Shown piece by piece: positions 7,852-17,499 of a stretch of DNA of 64,000 nucleotides. Under the pieces are notes generated by a model. That model did no database searches. It was not told where the DNA came from and saw only the letters and a program-made list of their open reading frames with translations. This DNA is from Leptolyngbya sp. GTDB taxonomy: Bacteria; Cyanobacteriota; Cyanobacteriia; Phormidesmidales; Phormidesmidaceae. Each line of letters opens with the position of its first letter. Position 1 is the first letter of the stretch. The position numbers and the translations under genes are program-made. Location: contig JAYKHF010000045.1 of the NCBI GenBank assembly GCA_035285305.1, positions 968-64,967 of the forward strand, read 5' to 3'.

Positions 7852-9159
7852 ATGGAATTTCTGCCTACGGATCGCCTGATGGCGCTGGATCGTCAGCATG
7901 TGTGGCATCCCTACGCGCCCATGCCCAACCCTGGGCCAACCTTTCCGGTGCGTTCGGCCCAGGGCGTTTACCTCGACCTCGAAACCGGGGAGCGGTTGGT
8001 GGATGGCATGTCCTCCTGGTGGACCTGCATCCATGGCTATAACCACCCCCAGTTGAACCAGGCCGCCATTGACCAGATGGGACGGATGAGCCATGTCATG
8101 TTTGGGGGCTTGACCCATCAGCCCGCCGTGCAGTTGGCCCACAAACTGGTGGATCTAACGCCAGCCCCGCTTCAGCATGTCTTTTTCTGCGATTCGGGCT
8201 CGGTGGCGGTGGAGGTGGCGATGAAAATGGCCATCCAGTATTGGTACAACCAGGGCCAGCCGCAAAAACAGCATTTTTTAACCCTCCGCAACGGCTACCA
8301 CGGCGATACCTTTGCGGCCATGGCGGTGTGCGATCCAGTGAACGGGATGCATCACCTCTTTCGCCAGAGTTTGGTGGAGCAGTATTTCGCGGATGCGCCG
8401 CAAATTCCCTTTGATGGCGACTGGCAGGATCAGGATATCGCTAGTTTTGCGGCCATTTTAGAAGCCCATCACCAGGAACTCGCTGCCGCGATTTTTGAAC
8501 CCGTGGTGCAGGGGGCGGGGGGAATGCGGTTCTACAGTCCGCAGTACGTGAAACGAGCCCGAGAACTGTGCGATCAGTATGGGGTACTGCTAATTTTGGA
8601 CGAAATTGCCACGGGCTTTGGCCGCACGGGCAAGCGCTTTGCCTGTGACTATGCCCAGGTGGCCCCCGACTTGATGTGCCTGGGTAAGGCCTTGACCGGA
8701 GGATTTATGTCCCTCGCGGCCACCCTCGTAACCACGGAAATTAGCCAAACCTTTGCCCAGGGCGAGGCAGGCGTGTTCATGCACGGGCCAACCTTTATGG
8801 CCAATCCCCTCGCCTGTGCCGTGGCCCTGGCCAGTCTGGGCCTGCTGGATAGCGGCGACTGGGTGGGGCAAGTTCACCGCATCGAAGCCCAACTGCAGCA
8901 AGACCTTGCGCCCTGCCGATCCTTGCCCGCCGTAAAAGAGGTGCGGGTGCTGGGGGCCATTGGTGTGGTGGAACTACATCAGCCCGTGGATATGGCGGTG
9001 GTGCAGCCCCAGTTTGTGCAGCAGGGGGTGTGGCTGCGGCCCTTTGGGCGACTGATCTACACCATGCCACCCTATATTATCGAGCCGGATCAACTGCGCC
9101 GTATTACCCAGGCCATCGTCACCGTCACAGGGCAGATCAACGCCGTGACCGAATCCTAG
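7852..9159 (+). CDS. bioA: Adenosylmethionine-8-amino-7-oxononanoate aminotransferase (DAPA synthase)
   Basis: DRQHVWHPY, DGMSSWW, SHVMFGG, DSGSVAVEVAMKMA, YHGDT, DEIATGFGRTG, LGKALTGG, HGPTFMANPLAC. Confidence 0.93.
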   Translation: MEFLPTDRLMALDRQHVWHPYAPMPNPGPTFPVRSAQGVYLDLETGERLVDGMSSWWTCIHGYNHPQLNQAAIDQMGRMSHVMFGGLTHQPAVQLAHKLVDLTPAPLQHVFFCDSGSVAVEVAMKMAIQYWYNQGQPQKQHFLTLRNGYHGDTFAAMAVCDPVNGMHHLFRQSLVEQYFADAPQIPFDGDWQDQDIASFAAILEAHHQELAAAIFEPVVQGAGGMRFYSPQYVKRARELCDQYGVLLILDEIATGFGRTGKRFACDYAQVAPDLMCLGKALTGGFMSLAATLVTTEISQTFAQGEAGVFMHGPTFMANPLACAVALASLGLLDSGDWVGQVHRIEAQLQQDLAPCRSLPAVKEVRVLGAIGVVELHQPVDMAVVQPQFVQQGVWLRPFGRLIYTMPPYIIEPDQLRRITQAIVTVTGQINAVTES

Positions 9160-9271
9160 TGGTTTGTCAGGGTTAAATTTTAGGGTTGCAGATATATTCA
9201 ATCGCTAGAAACCCGTTTCCGGCTTCCCGCAGGGTGGGCCGACCGGGCATCGGGCCGCTGACCTGATCCCG

Positions 9272-9325
9272 AACTCAGGGCCCTGAACCCGGAAGAGCCC
9301 TGAGTTAACCCTTTTTCAAGGGTTA
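9272..9325. terminator. Tandem hairpins between convergent bioA and chlH
   Basis: AACTCAGGGC/GCCCTGAGTT (9272-9306) and TAACCCTT-TTTC-AAGGGTTA (9306-9325). Confidence 0.45.
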
Positions 9326-9340
9326 TGCAACCTTGAAGAC

Positions 9341-12300
9341 CTACTCAACACCTTCGATGCGGTCTTCTACTTCCTGGTACAGCTCTTGCAAGCGTTCCAG
9401 GTTTTCGTCGCTGGTTTCCCAGTAGCCGCGTCCGTTCACTTCCAACAGGGTGGAGACCATGCGGCGGAAGGAGTTGGGGTTGAGATCCATCAGGCGCTTG
9501 CACATTTCCTCATCTTGGATGAAGGTGGTGTTCACGTCTTCGTAGACCCAGTTATCCACCGCGCCCGCTGTGGCCGACCAGCCCATGGTGTTGACCAAGC
9601 GCTTGGAGAGTTCCCGCACCCCTTCGTAGCCGTGGGAGAGCATCCCTTCGTACCACTTAGGGTTGAGCATTTTGGTGCGGGCATCTAGGCGGACGGTTTC
9701 CGACAGGGTGCGTACCTGGGCATTGGCGGTGGTGGTGTCGGCGATGTAGGAGGCTGGAGCCTTGCCGTCGTCGCGCAGACTGGCCACCAGTTTGGTGGGG
9801 TCGGAATCGAAGTAGTGGGACACATCGGTGAGGGAAATCTCCGAGGAATCCAGGTTTTGGAAGGTGGCATCCGCCGTCTTCAGGGCCGACTCGAACAGAC
9901 CTCGATTGCTGTCCATCACCCCAGGGTTGTCGGAGTTGAAGGCAAAGGACTTGCGCTTCAGGTACATTTCCTGGAGTTCGGCTTCGTTTTCCCAGGTGCT
10001 ATTTTCCACCGCCAGGTTGATGTTGGAGGAGTAGGACCCGGAGGCGTTGGAGAAGATCCGGGTGGCGGCTTCGCGCACCGAGAGACCCATTTCCTCGGCC
10101 TGTTGCAGGGCGTGCTTGCGGACGAAGTTCATCTCCAGGGGCTCGTCGGCTTCGGCGGCCATTTTCACGGCGCGATCTAGCAGAGCCATTTGGTTGATAA
10201 ACAGGTCGCGGAACACGCCGGAGCAGTTGACCACGATATCTACCCGGGGCCGACCCAGTTCCTCTAGGGGAATGAGCTCCAGCTTGTTGACCCGACCGAG
10301 GGAGTCGGGCAGGGGCTTAACGCCGACGAACCACAGCATTTGGGCCAGGGATTCGCCGTAGGTCTTGATGTTGTCGGTGCCCCACAGCACGGTGGCGATG
10401 GTTTCGGGGTAGTGGCCGCCGTTTTCCTGGCGCTGCCGCTCCAGCAGGCGATCCACCACAATTTTGGCCGACTGCACGGCGGCGGTGGTGGGGATGGACT
10501 GGGGATCGAGGGCGTGGATGTTCTTACCCGTGGGCAGCACTTCCGGGTTGCGGATGGGGTCGCCACCGGGGCCGGGGAGAATGTACTCGCCTTCCAGGGC
10601 CTGCAGCAGACCGCCCAGTTCATTGTCGGCGCAGACCTGCTCTAGGCAGAACTCCAGGTACTCCATCAGGGGTTTGATGGCGTCGGCGTTGACATTGGTG
10701 TAGCCCGCCTCATGAAGGGCCTTAATCCAGGGTTCCTTGCGGCCAATGTTGAAGAAGTTGAGCCGAGACACCATGGACACGCGGCCCTCGGCGTCGATCT
10801 GCTCGTGGACGAGGGCGGCGACGGCGGCGCGGACACCCTGGTTGATGTCGTAGAGCAGTTGCACATCGGCGAGCACGCCCCGATCGCTGTTGCGGTAGAT
10901 TTCCTCAATGTCGCGGCCTAGGCTGTCGGCGATGATCCGCTGAAGGCTCATGATGCCGTCCTCTTCGCGATCTAGGCCAGCGATGTTGACCAGGGTGGCG
11001 ATGGCTTCCTCGGCGCTGGGGGGCTTGCCGACCACATGCAGGCCGCAGGGCAGCAGGCGAGACTCGATTTCCATCAGTTTGATGTAGATCTTGCCCACCA
11101 GCGCATCCCGATCTTCCGCCGACAGATCACCAGAATCGCCCTCCGGCAGTTCCACGTCCTTATCCAGGTTGCAGACCCGCGCCGTTTCGATGATGGCGTT
11201 GACGATCTGCACCGCCCGACCGCTTTCCTTGTTGCCCTGGTAGGATCCGATCAGTTCGCTCAGTTCCTTCAGCCCCTTGTACAGGCCCGCATTTTCGGCG
11301 GGGGGGGTGAGGTAGCTGATGGTTTCGGCGTAGCCCCGACGCTTAGCGATAGTGGCCTCGGAGGGGTTGTTGGCGGCGTAGTAGTAGAGGTTGGGGATGC
11401 TGCCGATCAGGTTGTCGGGGTAGCAGGTGCCCGACATGCCCATCTGCTTACCGGGCATGAACTCTAGGGATCCGTGGGTGCCAAAGTGCAGCACCGCATC
11501 CGCGCCCCAGATTTTGTTGAGGAAGGTGTAGTAGGCGGCAAAGCCGTGGTGGGGGCTGGCGGAACGGGAGAACAGCAGCCGCATCGGGTCGCCCTCGTAG
11601 CCGAAGGTGGGCTGTACGCCGATGAACACGTTGCCGAAGGCTTTACCGTAGACCAGCATATTCTCGCCGTCGGTGTTCAGGTGCCCCGGTGCTGGCCCCC
11701 AGTTTTCCTCTAGGCGCTCGGCGTAGGGGGTGAGGGCTTGGTATTCGCGGACGGGCATCCGGTAGGCCACGTTCAGTTCGGGGCTGCTGTACTGGGCCTG
11801 GGCATCGTGGATCACTTCCTGGAGTAGCGCTTCGGGGGATTCCGGCAGATCCTGCACGTCGTAGCCGTTCTGCTTCATCGCCTCCAGCACCTTATAGATG
11901 GATCCGAACACATCCAGATAGGCGGCGGTACCCACATTGCCCTTATCCGGCGGGAAGCTGAAGATGGTGATGGCCAGTTTTTTATCGACCTTGGGCTTGC
12001 GGCGCAGGTTGGCCCACTTCATCGCCCGCTGGGTGATGGATTCAATCCGGTCTTGGAGGGAGATCGCCCGCCCGGTCAGGCCGTCGCGACCCGACAGCAC
12101 AATGGGTTCGATCGCCCCATCCAGTTCAGGAATGGCCATCTGTAGCGCCACCTGAATCGGGTGCAGGCCCAGGTCGCTGCCTTCCCATTCTTCGGTGGTT
12201 TGGAACACCAGGGGCAGGGCCACCATATAGGGACGGTTCAGCCGCTTCAGGGTTTCGATCGCCTTGGGGTGATCCTGGCGAGCGGGGCCACCCACCAGGG

Positions 12301-13339
12301 CAAACCCGGTGAGGGACACCACCGCATCCACGATGGCCTTCGAGGTATCAACGGGGTCAAAGAAGTAGGCATCCACGGGCTTAGAGAAATCCAACCCGCC
12401 CGCAAACACGGGGATCACCTTCGCGCCCAGGTACTCAAATTCCTGAACCATGGCGACGTAGTGGGCTTCGTCTCCGGTGACGAGGTGCGTCCGTTGCAGC
12501 ACCAGGCCAATGGTGGGGGCCAGGGGATCCTTCAGGTCGTCGGAAATATCCCGCCGAGAGGCATACCAGTTGAGGTATTCCTTGATGTCCTCGAACATCG
12601 CCGGGGCCATGGGGTGCCAGATGCCCATGTCGGGGTAGGTGACGGGCTCTTCGTAGTCCAGGGCTTCGGTTTGGGGTGCGCCCTCGATCGGCTTGTCGGT
12701 GATCACGTAGCGGTCGGCCAGCATCAGGAAGAAGTTTTCCAGGTTCTCCGGCGAACCGCCCAGCCAGTATTGGAAGCTGAGCATGAAGTTACGGGCATCC
12801 TGGGCCTTTTCCACGGGCAGGTACTTCAGCACCGTGGGCAGCGTCCGCAGCAGCTTCAGCATGGCGTCTTGGAAGCCCGCGCCGGACTTCTCCTTGCGCT
12901 TCTTCATGAAGGATCCAATCATGCTCTTGGATTGGCCCAACTGCGCCATGGAGAAACTACCCATCTTGTTCAGGCGCATCACCTGGGGCATGGAGGGGAA
13001 GCACACCGCCACATCGAGCTGATCGCGCACAGGGGCGACAGCCTCAACCACCTTATCGGCCAGGTCTTCAATAAAGATCAGCGAGGCGATGAATACATTG
13101 GCCTCGGCCACATCCTGCTTGAAGGCCTCGTAGTTGTTGGCGTCGCGCAGTTCTTCAATTAAATAGCCGTTGACCTCAAACGCCACCTGGGAATTATGGG
13201 CGTTGATCGACCGGATGGCGGAGGATAGAGCACTCTGGTACTGAGGCTCTAACACCACATAGACCACCTTGACCAGACGCCGCCCATTCAGATCGTCGGG
13301 GGCAATGTGGCGCACAGTGGGCTTAACGTGGGTGAACAT
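9341..13339 (-). CDS. chlH: Magnesium chelatase subunit H
   Basis: 1332 aa; MFTHVK..RHI start, [27 protein letters not shown], ends VEDRIEGVE. Confidence 0.98.
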   Translation of the reverse strand: MFTHVKPTVRHIAPDDLNGRRLVKVVYVVLEPQYQSALSSAIRSINAHNSQVAFEVNGYLIEELRDANNYEAFKQDVAEANVFIASLIFIEDLADKVVEAVAPVRDQLDVAVCFPSMPQVMRLNKMGSFSMAQLGQSKSMIGSFMKKRKEKSGAGFQDAMLKLLRTLPTVLKYLPVEKAQDARNFMLSFQYWLGGSPENLENFFLMLADRYVITDKPIEGAPQTEALDYEEPVTYPDMGIWHPMAPAMFEDIKEYLNWYASRRDISDDLKDPLAPTIGLVLQRTHLVTGDEAHYVAMVQEFEYLGAKVIPVFAGGLDFSKPVDAYFFDPVDTSKAIVDAVVSLTGFALVGGPARQDHPKAIETLKRLNRPYMVALPLVFQTTEEWEGSDLGLHPIQVALQMAIPELDGAIEPIVLSGRDGLTGRAISLQDRIESITQRAMKWANLRRKPKVDKKLAITIFSFPPDKGNVGTAAYLDVFGSIYKVLEAMKQNGYDVQDLPESPEALLQEVIHDAQAQYSSPELNVAYRMPVREYQALTPYAERLEENWGPAPGHLNTDGENMLVYGKAFGNVFIGVQPTFGYEGDPMRLLFSRSASPHHGFAAYYTFLNKIWGADAVLHFGTHGSLEFMPGKQMGMSGTCYPDNLIGSIPNLYYYAANNPSEATIAKRRGYAETISYLTPPAENAGLYKGLKELSELIGSYQGNKESGRAVQIVNAIIETARVCNLDKDVELPEGDSGDLSAEDRDALVGKIYIKLMEIESRLLPCGLHVVGKPPSAEEAIATLVNIAGLDREEDGIMSLQRIIADSLGRDIEEIYRNSDRGVLADVQLLYDINQGVRAAVAALVHEQIDAEGRVSMVSRLNFFNIGRKEPWIKALHEAGYTNVNADAIKPLMEYLEFCLEQVCADNELGGLLQALEGEYILPGPGGDPIRNPEVLPTGKNIHALDPQSIPTTAAVQSAKIVVDRLLERQRQENGGHYPETIATVLWGTDNIKTYGESLAQMLWFVGVKPLPDSLGRVNKLELIPLEELGRPRVDIVVNCSGVFRDLFINQMALLDRAVKMAAEADEPLEMNFVRKHALQQAEEMGLSVREAATRIFSNASGSYSSNINLAVENSTWENEAELQEMYLKRKSFAFNSDNPGVMDSNRGLFESALKTADATFQNLDSSEISLTDVSHYFDSDPTKLVASLRDDGKAPASYIADTTTANAQVRTLSETVRLDARTKMLNPKWYEGMLSHGYEGVRELSKRLVNTMGWSATAGAVDNWVYEDVNTTFIQDEEMCKRLMDLNPNSFRRMVSTLLEVNGRGYWETSDENLERLQELYQEVEDRIEGVE

Positions 13340-13719
13340 GCCGTAAAACTCCTTTCGCTGCTAAGGCCGAGGGGCTTGGGAAGGCCGGACATCCAAGAAA
13401 CTTAGTAATCTGGCCATCACGAACCGCCCAATACTCTATCAAAGAAACATTTCTTAACGGAACCCAAGCTAAGATCCCATTTCTCTTTGTACCAGAAAAC
13501 CTTGCCCCATCTAGGTTTAAGGCCCCCAGGCGACACAATTTGAAATAAATCCAAGCTGCTTCCGTAACTAAAATTTACAGTTATTGGGGAGTGTTACTCT
13601 CATATTTGTATCAAAACGTTAAATAAAATCTCTGGAGAGGAAAAACTGACGTTTTAGCGCAGCGCGATCGGATCCTCAGCTTGATCGCTCAACCCAGGCC
13701 AGGTTGCTGATCCCTTGCC

Positions 13720-14694
13720 TTAGCTCGTGCGTTTGCCCCTCTCAGCATCGTAGGTTTCGTAGGCCGCTACAATCCGCTGCACCAAGGGATGGCGCACCAC
13801 GTCGCTTTGGTTCAATTTGCAGAACGCAATTCCTTCCACCCGTTGAAGAATATGCTGGGCCACGGCGAGGCCAGAGGCTTGGTAATCGGGTAGATCGGTC
13901 TGGGTGGTGTCGCCCGTTACCACCATGCGGGAGTGAAACCCCAATCGGGTCAGCACCATCTTCATCTGGGCTGGGGTCGTGTTTTGGGCCTCGTCTAAAA
14001 TCACAAAGGCATTGCTGAGGGTGCGCCCCCGCATGTAGGCCAGGGGGGCCACTTCAATAATGCCCCGCTCCATCAGGTTGGCAATTTTTTCCGGATCGAC
14101 CAGCTCATGGAGGGCGTCATAGAGCGGACGCAGGTAAGGATTCACCTTTTGTTGCAGATCCCCCGGCAGAAAGCCGAGCCGTTCCCCGGCCTCCACCGCT
14201 GGGCGGGTGAGAATCAGGCGCTCAAATTCGTTATTGAGGAGGGCCTGCACGCCGACCATCGTGGCCAGAAAGGTTTTACCGGTACCCGCTGGCCCCGCGC
14301 AAAAAATCAGGTCATGGCTGCGCAGGGCCTTGATGTATTGCTTCTGGCGAAAGGTCTTGGCCCGGACAATTTCCCCCCGACGGGTGCGAGCGACCACATC
14401 CTGGTGAATCGCCTGGAGTTCTTCCACTTGATTGGTGTCGAGGGCATGGCAGGCGGTCATGATGTCCGCACGGGTGACGGTCTGCCCCTGGCTCCAGATC
14501 GGCTCTAGGGCTTCCACGAGCCGTCGGGCTCGGTCTGCGGTGGCTTCGGTACCAGAAATTAAAAGCTCCTGACCCCGCAGCACCAAGGAGGCCCCGGTCT
14601 GCTGGGCGAGGAGCTTAAAATTATCGCTGCGATAGCCCGCTAGGGCGATGGCCCCTTCCGGCCTAGGAATCTCAATCCGAACAGTGGCGGTCAT
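13720..14694 (-). CDS. phoH: PhoH-family ATPase
   Basis: GPAGTGKT, RPAVEAGE.LGFLPG, YMRGRTL, DEAQN, DVVRHPLV; downstream of rpsP-khpA. Confidence 0.92.
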   Translation of the reverse strand: MTATVRIEIPRPEGAIALAGYRSDNFKLLAQQTGASLVLRGQELLISGTEATADRARRLVEALEPIWSQGQTVTRADIMTACHALDTNQVEELQAIHQDVVARTRRGEIVRAKTFRQKQYIKALRSHDLIFCAGPAGTGKTFLATMVGVQALLNNEFERLILTRPAVEAGERLGFLPGDLQQKVNPYLRPLYDALHELVDPEKIANLMERGIIEVAPLAYMRGRTLSNAFVILDEAQNTTPAQMKMVLTRLGFHSRMVVTGDTTQTDLPDYQASGLAVAQHILQRVEGIAFCKLNQSDVVRHPLVQRIVAAYETYDAERGKRTS

Positions 14695-14779
14695 GGTCGC
14701 AGCAACGAAGGGCGAAACATCGCAAATTCCACGGCAAGACCCTAGTTTTCCAGAAAAGTTGGTTTAGGCCTTGGCTAGA

Positions 14780-15124
14780 TTAGGATTTAGGCCGCAGTTG
14801 GGGCTTGGGCTTGGGGGAAGATCGGCGGGGCGGATGGCTAGGGCCATGCCCTTCGGATGCCTCGTGCTCTGCGGCTCCAAAGACATCAAAATAGGCCGAC
14901 CAACCCCACAGCGCGGCGGTTGCCCGTACGACGTTACGAATCGCTTGAATGTTACGTCCTCCCCGCCCAAACACCTTGCCGCGCTCATCACCACTGAAGG
15001 CTACGCGGATCCAGATCTTAGACTGGGCGGCATTCTGTTCACAGTCAATGCGTAAAGCCTCTGGCGCATCGAGGAAGGGCTCTACCAGAAACTTGACGAG
15101 ACCAGAAAAGTCAGGACTACTCAT
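14780..15124 (-). CDS. khpA: KH-domain RNA-binding protein (KhpA-like)
   Basis: LVKFLVEP and GKVFGRGGRNIQAIR (GxxG loop); follows rpsP. Confidence 0.8.
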   Translation of the reverse strand: MSSPDFSGLVKFLVEPFLDAPEALRIDCEQNAAQSKIWIRVAFSGDERGKVFGRGGRNIQAIRNVVRATAALWGWSAYFDVFGAAEHEASEGHGPSHPPRRSSPKPKPQLRPKS

Positions 15125-15144
15125 GCGGTCGATCCGATACGGGA

Positions 15145-15399
15145 CTAGGCTTGAGCCTTAAGCTGCTCAAAAACGTTCGCCTTCTCAAGGATGTGCTTCA
15201 CGGTTTTGGTGGGCTGTGCCCCTTGCTGGAGGCGGCGCACAATCCCCGGTACATCGAGGCGGGTTTCATCGGTGCGAGGATTGTAGAAGCCCAGTTCTTC
15301 CAGGGGACGACCATCGCGACGGGTATCGCTATTCATCGCCACGATACGGTAGCTAGCTTCTCTTTTTTTGCCAAAACGCTTCAGGCGGAGCTTAATCAT
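15145..15399 (-). CDS. rpsP: 30S ribosomal protein S16
   Basis: [34 protein letters not shown]. Confidence 0.98.
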   Translation of the reverse strand: MIKLRLKRFGKKREASYRIVAMNSDTRRDGRPLEELGFYNPRTDETRLDVPGIVRRLQQGAQPTKTVKHILEKANVFEQLKAQA

Positions 15400-15657
15400 A
15401 GGACAAGGGCTGCGATTCTTTTAGAAGTAAGTAACGGGCGGTGCTGAAAACCGCCGTGCTAAGCACAGGTTTTTTATCATAGCACCAAAGCTAGCCACCC
15501 AGCACAGGCTTGTTTTGCCCCATAATCTCACTGATTGTCCGCAGGTGATGGCACTCAGGTATCGAGGGGGAAACGTTGCCCAGGATGGCCACCCCCCTGA
15601 GGGAGCCACGGGTATTACACAGCCTCCCCTTGGCCGTTGGGATGACGTTCCCTAGAC

Positions 15658-15789
15658 TTAATCCTCGTGTTCATCAAAGGGATCGGCCAACTGCTTGGAC
15701 GGGGGGCCAAAGGAAAGGTAGACCGCAAACCCCGTGACGGCGAGGAGCACGGCTCCGACGGAAATAATAAGAACTGTTGCGGGTTCCAT
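15658..15789 (-). CDS. psbN: Photosystem II assembly protein PsbN (43 aa, not in ORF track)
   Basis: Translated by hand: [43 protein letters not shown]; divergent from psbH. Confidence 0.95.
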   Translation of the reverse strand: MEPATVLIISVGAVLLAVTGFAVYLSFGPPSKQLADPFDEHED

Positions 15790-15864
15790 AAACTTTATGA
15801 GAAGGAGAAACCTCTCCATCATATAATATTACGAACTATTAAAGTATTGATAGCGGAAGGATCC

Positions 15865-16068
15865 ATGGCACAACGGACTTGGTTAGGAGACGTTCTCAAG
15901 CCCCTCAACTCTGAGTATGGGAAGGTTGCTCCCGGCTGGGGTACCACCCCGCTGATGGCGGTCTTCATCGGCCTGTTTTTCGTCTTTTTGCTGATTATTC
16001 TCCAGCTCTACAACTCCTCCATCATCCTTGAAAGCTTCGATGTAGACTGGCGCAGCATCGGGCTTTAG
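15865..16068 (+). CDS. psbH: Photosystem II reaction centre protein H
   Basis: [31 protein letters not shown]. Confidence 0.97.
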   Translation: MAQRTWLGDVLKPLNSEYGKVAPGWGTTPLMAVFIGLFFVFLLIILQLYNSSIILESFDVDWRSIGL

Positions 16069-16094
16069 GCGACTAGACCTGAGTTGAAGTCGCC
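16068..16094 (+). terminator. 3' hairpin after psbH
   Basis: GGCGACT-13 nt-AGTCGCC right at the stop codon; no U-tract. Confidence 0.35.
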
Positions 16095-16262
16095 GATCAG
16101 GAACCCTAGGGCTAGTCCGGATGATTGTTCCGAGCTAGCCCTTTTTCGGTGCTTAGGGGCCGTGACGGGTTCAGCATCCGAGGCGGATTGTGGAACCGAC
16201 CCCGGCATAATGGTTGGGAGATCGGATGGTTGTGGTTCACCCCGTGGGGGAGGAGTTGGCGT

Positions 16263-16652
16263 ATGAACGTCTTTGGGATTGGCCTGCCAGAGATGGCGGT
16301 GATTTTAGTCTTGGCCCTGCTCGTCTTTGGCCCTAAAAAGCTGCCGGAAATTGGCCGCAGTCTGGGGAAAGCGATCAAAGGCTTCCAAGACGCCTCCAAG
16401 GAGTTTGAGGAGGAGTTTAAGAAAGAGGCCCAGCAGATCGAGAAGGCGGTAACGAGTCCCATGAAGGCGACTTTGGATCCTGAACCTGCGAAGGTGCTGT
16501 CGCCCCAGGAGTCGGCTCCGGCGGAAATTGTGGTGGATCCCTCCACTCCGGCGGCGGGCGAATCGGGTGAAGGCAGTCCCACCTCGGAGGCTACACCGGA
16601 GACCGAGGCCGCCGGGGAGAGCCCCAGCCCTGAAGCCGCCCCCCCCGCCTAA
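16263..16652 (+). CDS. tatA: Twin-arginine translocase TatA/E subunit
   Basis: MNVFGIGLPEMAVILVLALLVFGPKKLPEIGRSLGKAIKGFQ; acidic, Pro-rich tail. Confidence 0.92.
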   Translation: MNVFGIGLPEMAVILVLALLVFGPKKLPEIGRSLGKAIKGFQDASKEFEEEFKKEAQQIEKAVTSPMKATLDPEPAKVLSPQESAPAEIVVDPSTPAAGESGEGSPTSEATPETEAAGESPSPEAAPPA

Positions 16653-16685
16653 CGCCCCTCCATGGATTGGACTGGTTCAAACGCT

Positions 16686-17318
16686 ATGACTGATGCGGCG
16701 GCTACCCCAGAGCGGCTCCCCCTGGGTTTAATTGTGGGGCTCGGTAATCCCGGCCCCAAGTACGCAGGCACTCGCCACAATGTCGGCTTTGAGGTGGTGG
16801 ATCGGCTCTCCAAGCGGTGGGCGATTCCCCTGAAGGAGGAGCGTCGCTTTCAGGGGGAGTATGGGGCGGGGATGGGTGTCCACCGTCAGAAAATTCACCT
16901 GCTCAAGCCCCTAACCTACATGAACCGTTCCGGACAGTCGATTCGGGCCGTTTTGGATTGGGTCAAGCTGGCCCCCGGTACCGTGTTGGTGGTCTACGAC
17001 GATATGGATCTGCCCGTTGGCAAATTGCGCCTGCGGCTGTCGGGGTCGGCGGGGGGGCACAACGGCATGAAGTCGGCCATCGCCCACCTCAAAACCCAAG
17101 ATTTTTGTCGCCTGCGGGTGGGGATTGGCGCAGCCCGCCCCGAAGCCGAGCGTGACCAAGCCGTGGTTTCCCATGTGTTGGGTAATTTTTCTAAGGCGGA
17201 GCGGCAAACCATGGATGAGGTGGTTGATGTCGCCGTTCAAGCCCTGGAAAAGAGCCTGACTGACGGGGTGGAAAAGGCCATGAGCCTTTACAACGGGATA
17301 GCGGTAGGGGATCGCTAG
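16686..17318 (+). CDS. pth: Peptidyl-tRNA hydrolase
   Basis: LIVGLGNPG..Y..TRHNVGF, KPLTYMNRSG, YDDMDLP, SAGGHNGMKS. Confidence 0.96.
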   Translation: MTDAAATPERLPLGLIVGLGNPGPKYAGTRHNVGFEVVDRLSKRWAIPLKEERRFQGEYGAGMGVHRQKIHLLKPLTYMNRSGQSIRAVLDWVKLAPGTVLVVYDDMDLPVGKLRLRLSGSAGGHNGMKSAIAHLKTQDFCRLRVGIGAARPEAERDQAVVSHVLGNFSKAERQTMDEVVDVAVQALEKSLTDGVEKAMSLYNGIAVGDR

Positions 17319-17499
17319 GCGACGGCCCAGGGTCGCGTTTTCCCCGTATTTTTGGCGAAAGGTTACAAAGTGCTAAGGCTTCGCCGTCACCTGGTAGGCT
17401 AGGGGGAAATAATGCCTATAAAGACAGCAATCGCAAGGGATTGGCTTAGCCTGATCATCCCTAGGGCGATCGCGCAACGGCGGTTCCTTGGCTTGAACT

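Noticed and set aside
12161-13162. Long antisense ORFs (also 28084-29235, 36412-37347, 40673-41758, 45659-46366)
   Set aside because: Shadow frames of well-supported genes in GC-rich DNA, with no recognisable motifs.
13540-13630. NtcA or RpaB (HLR1) sites upstream of chlH
   Set aside because: Only imperfect GTA..TAC spacings in AT-rich DNA; no consensus match.
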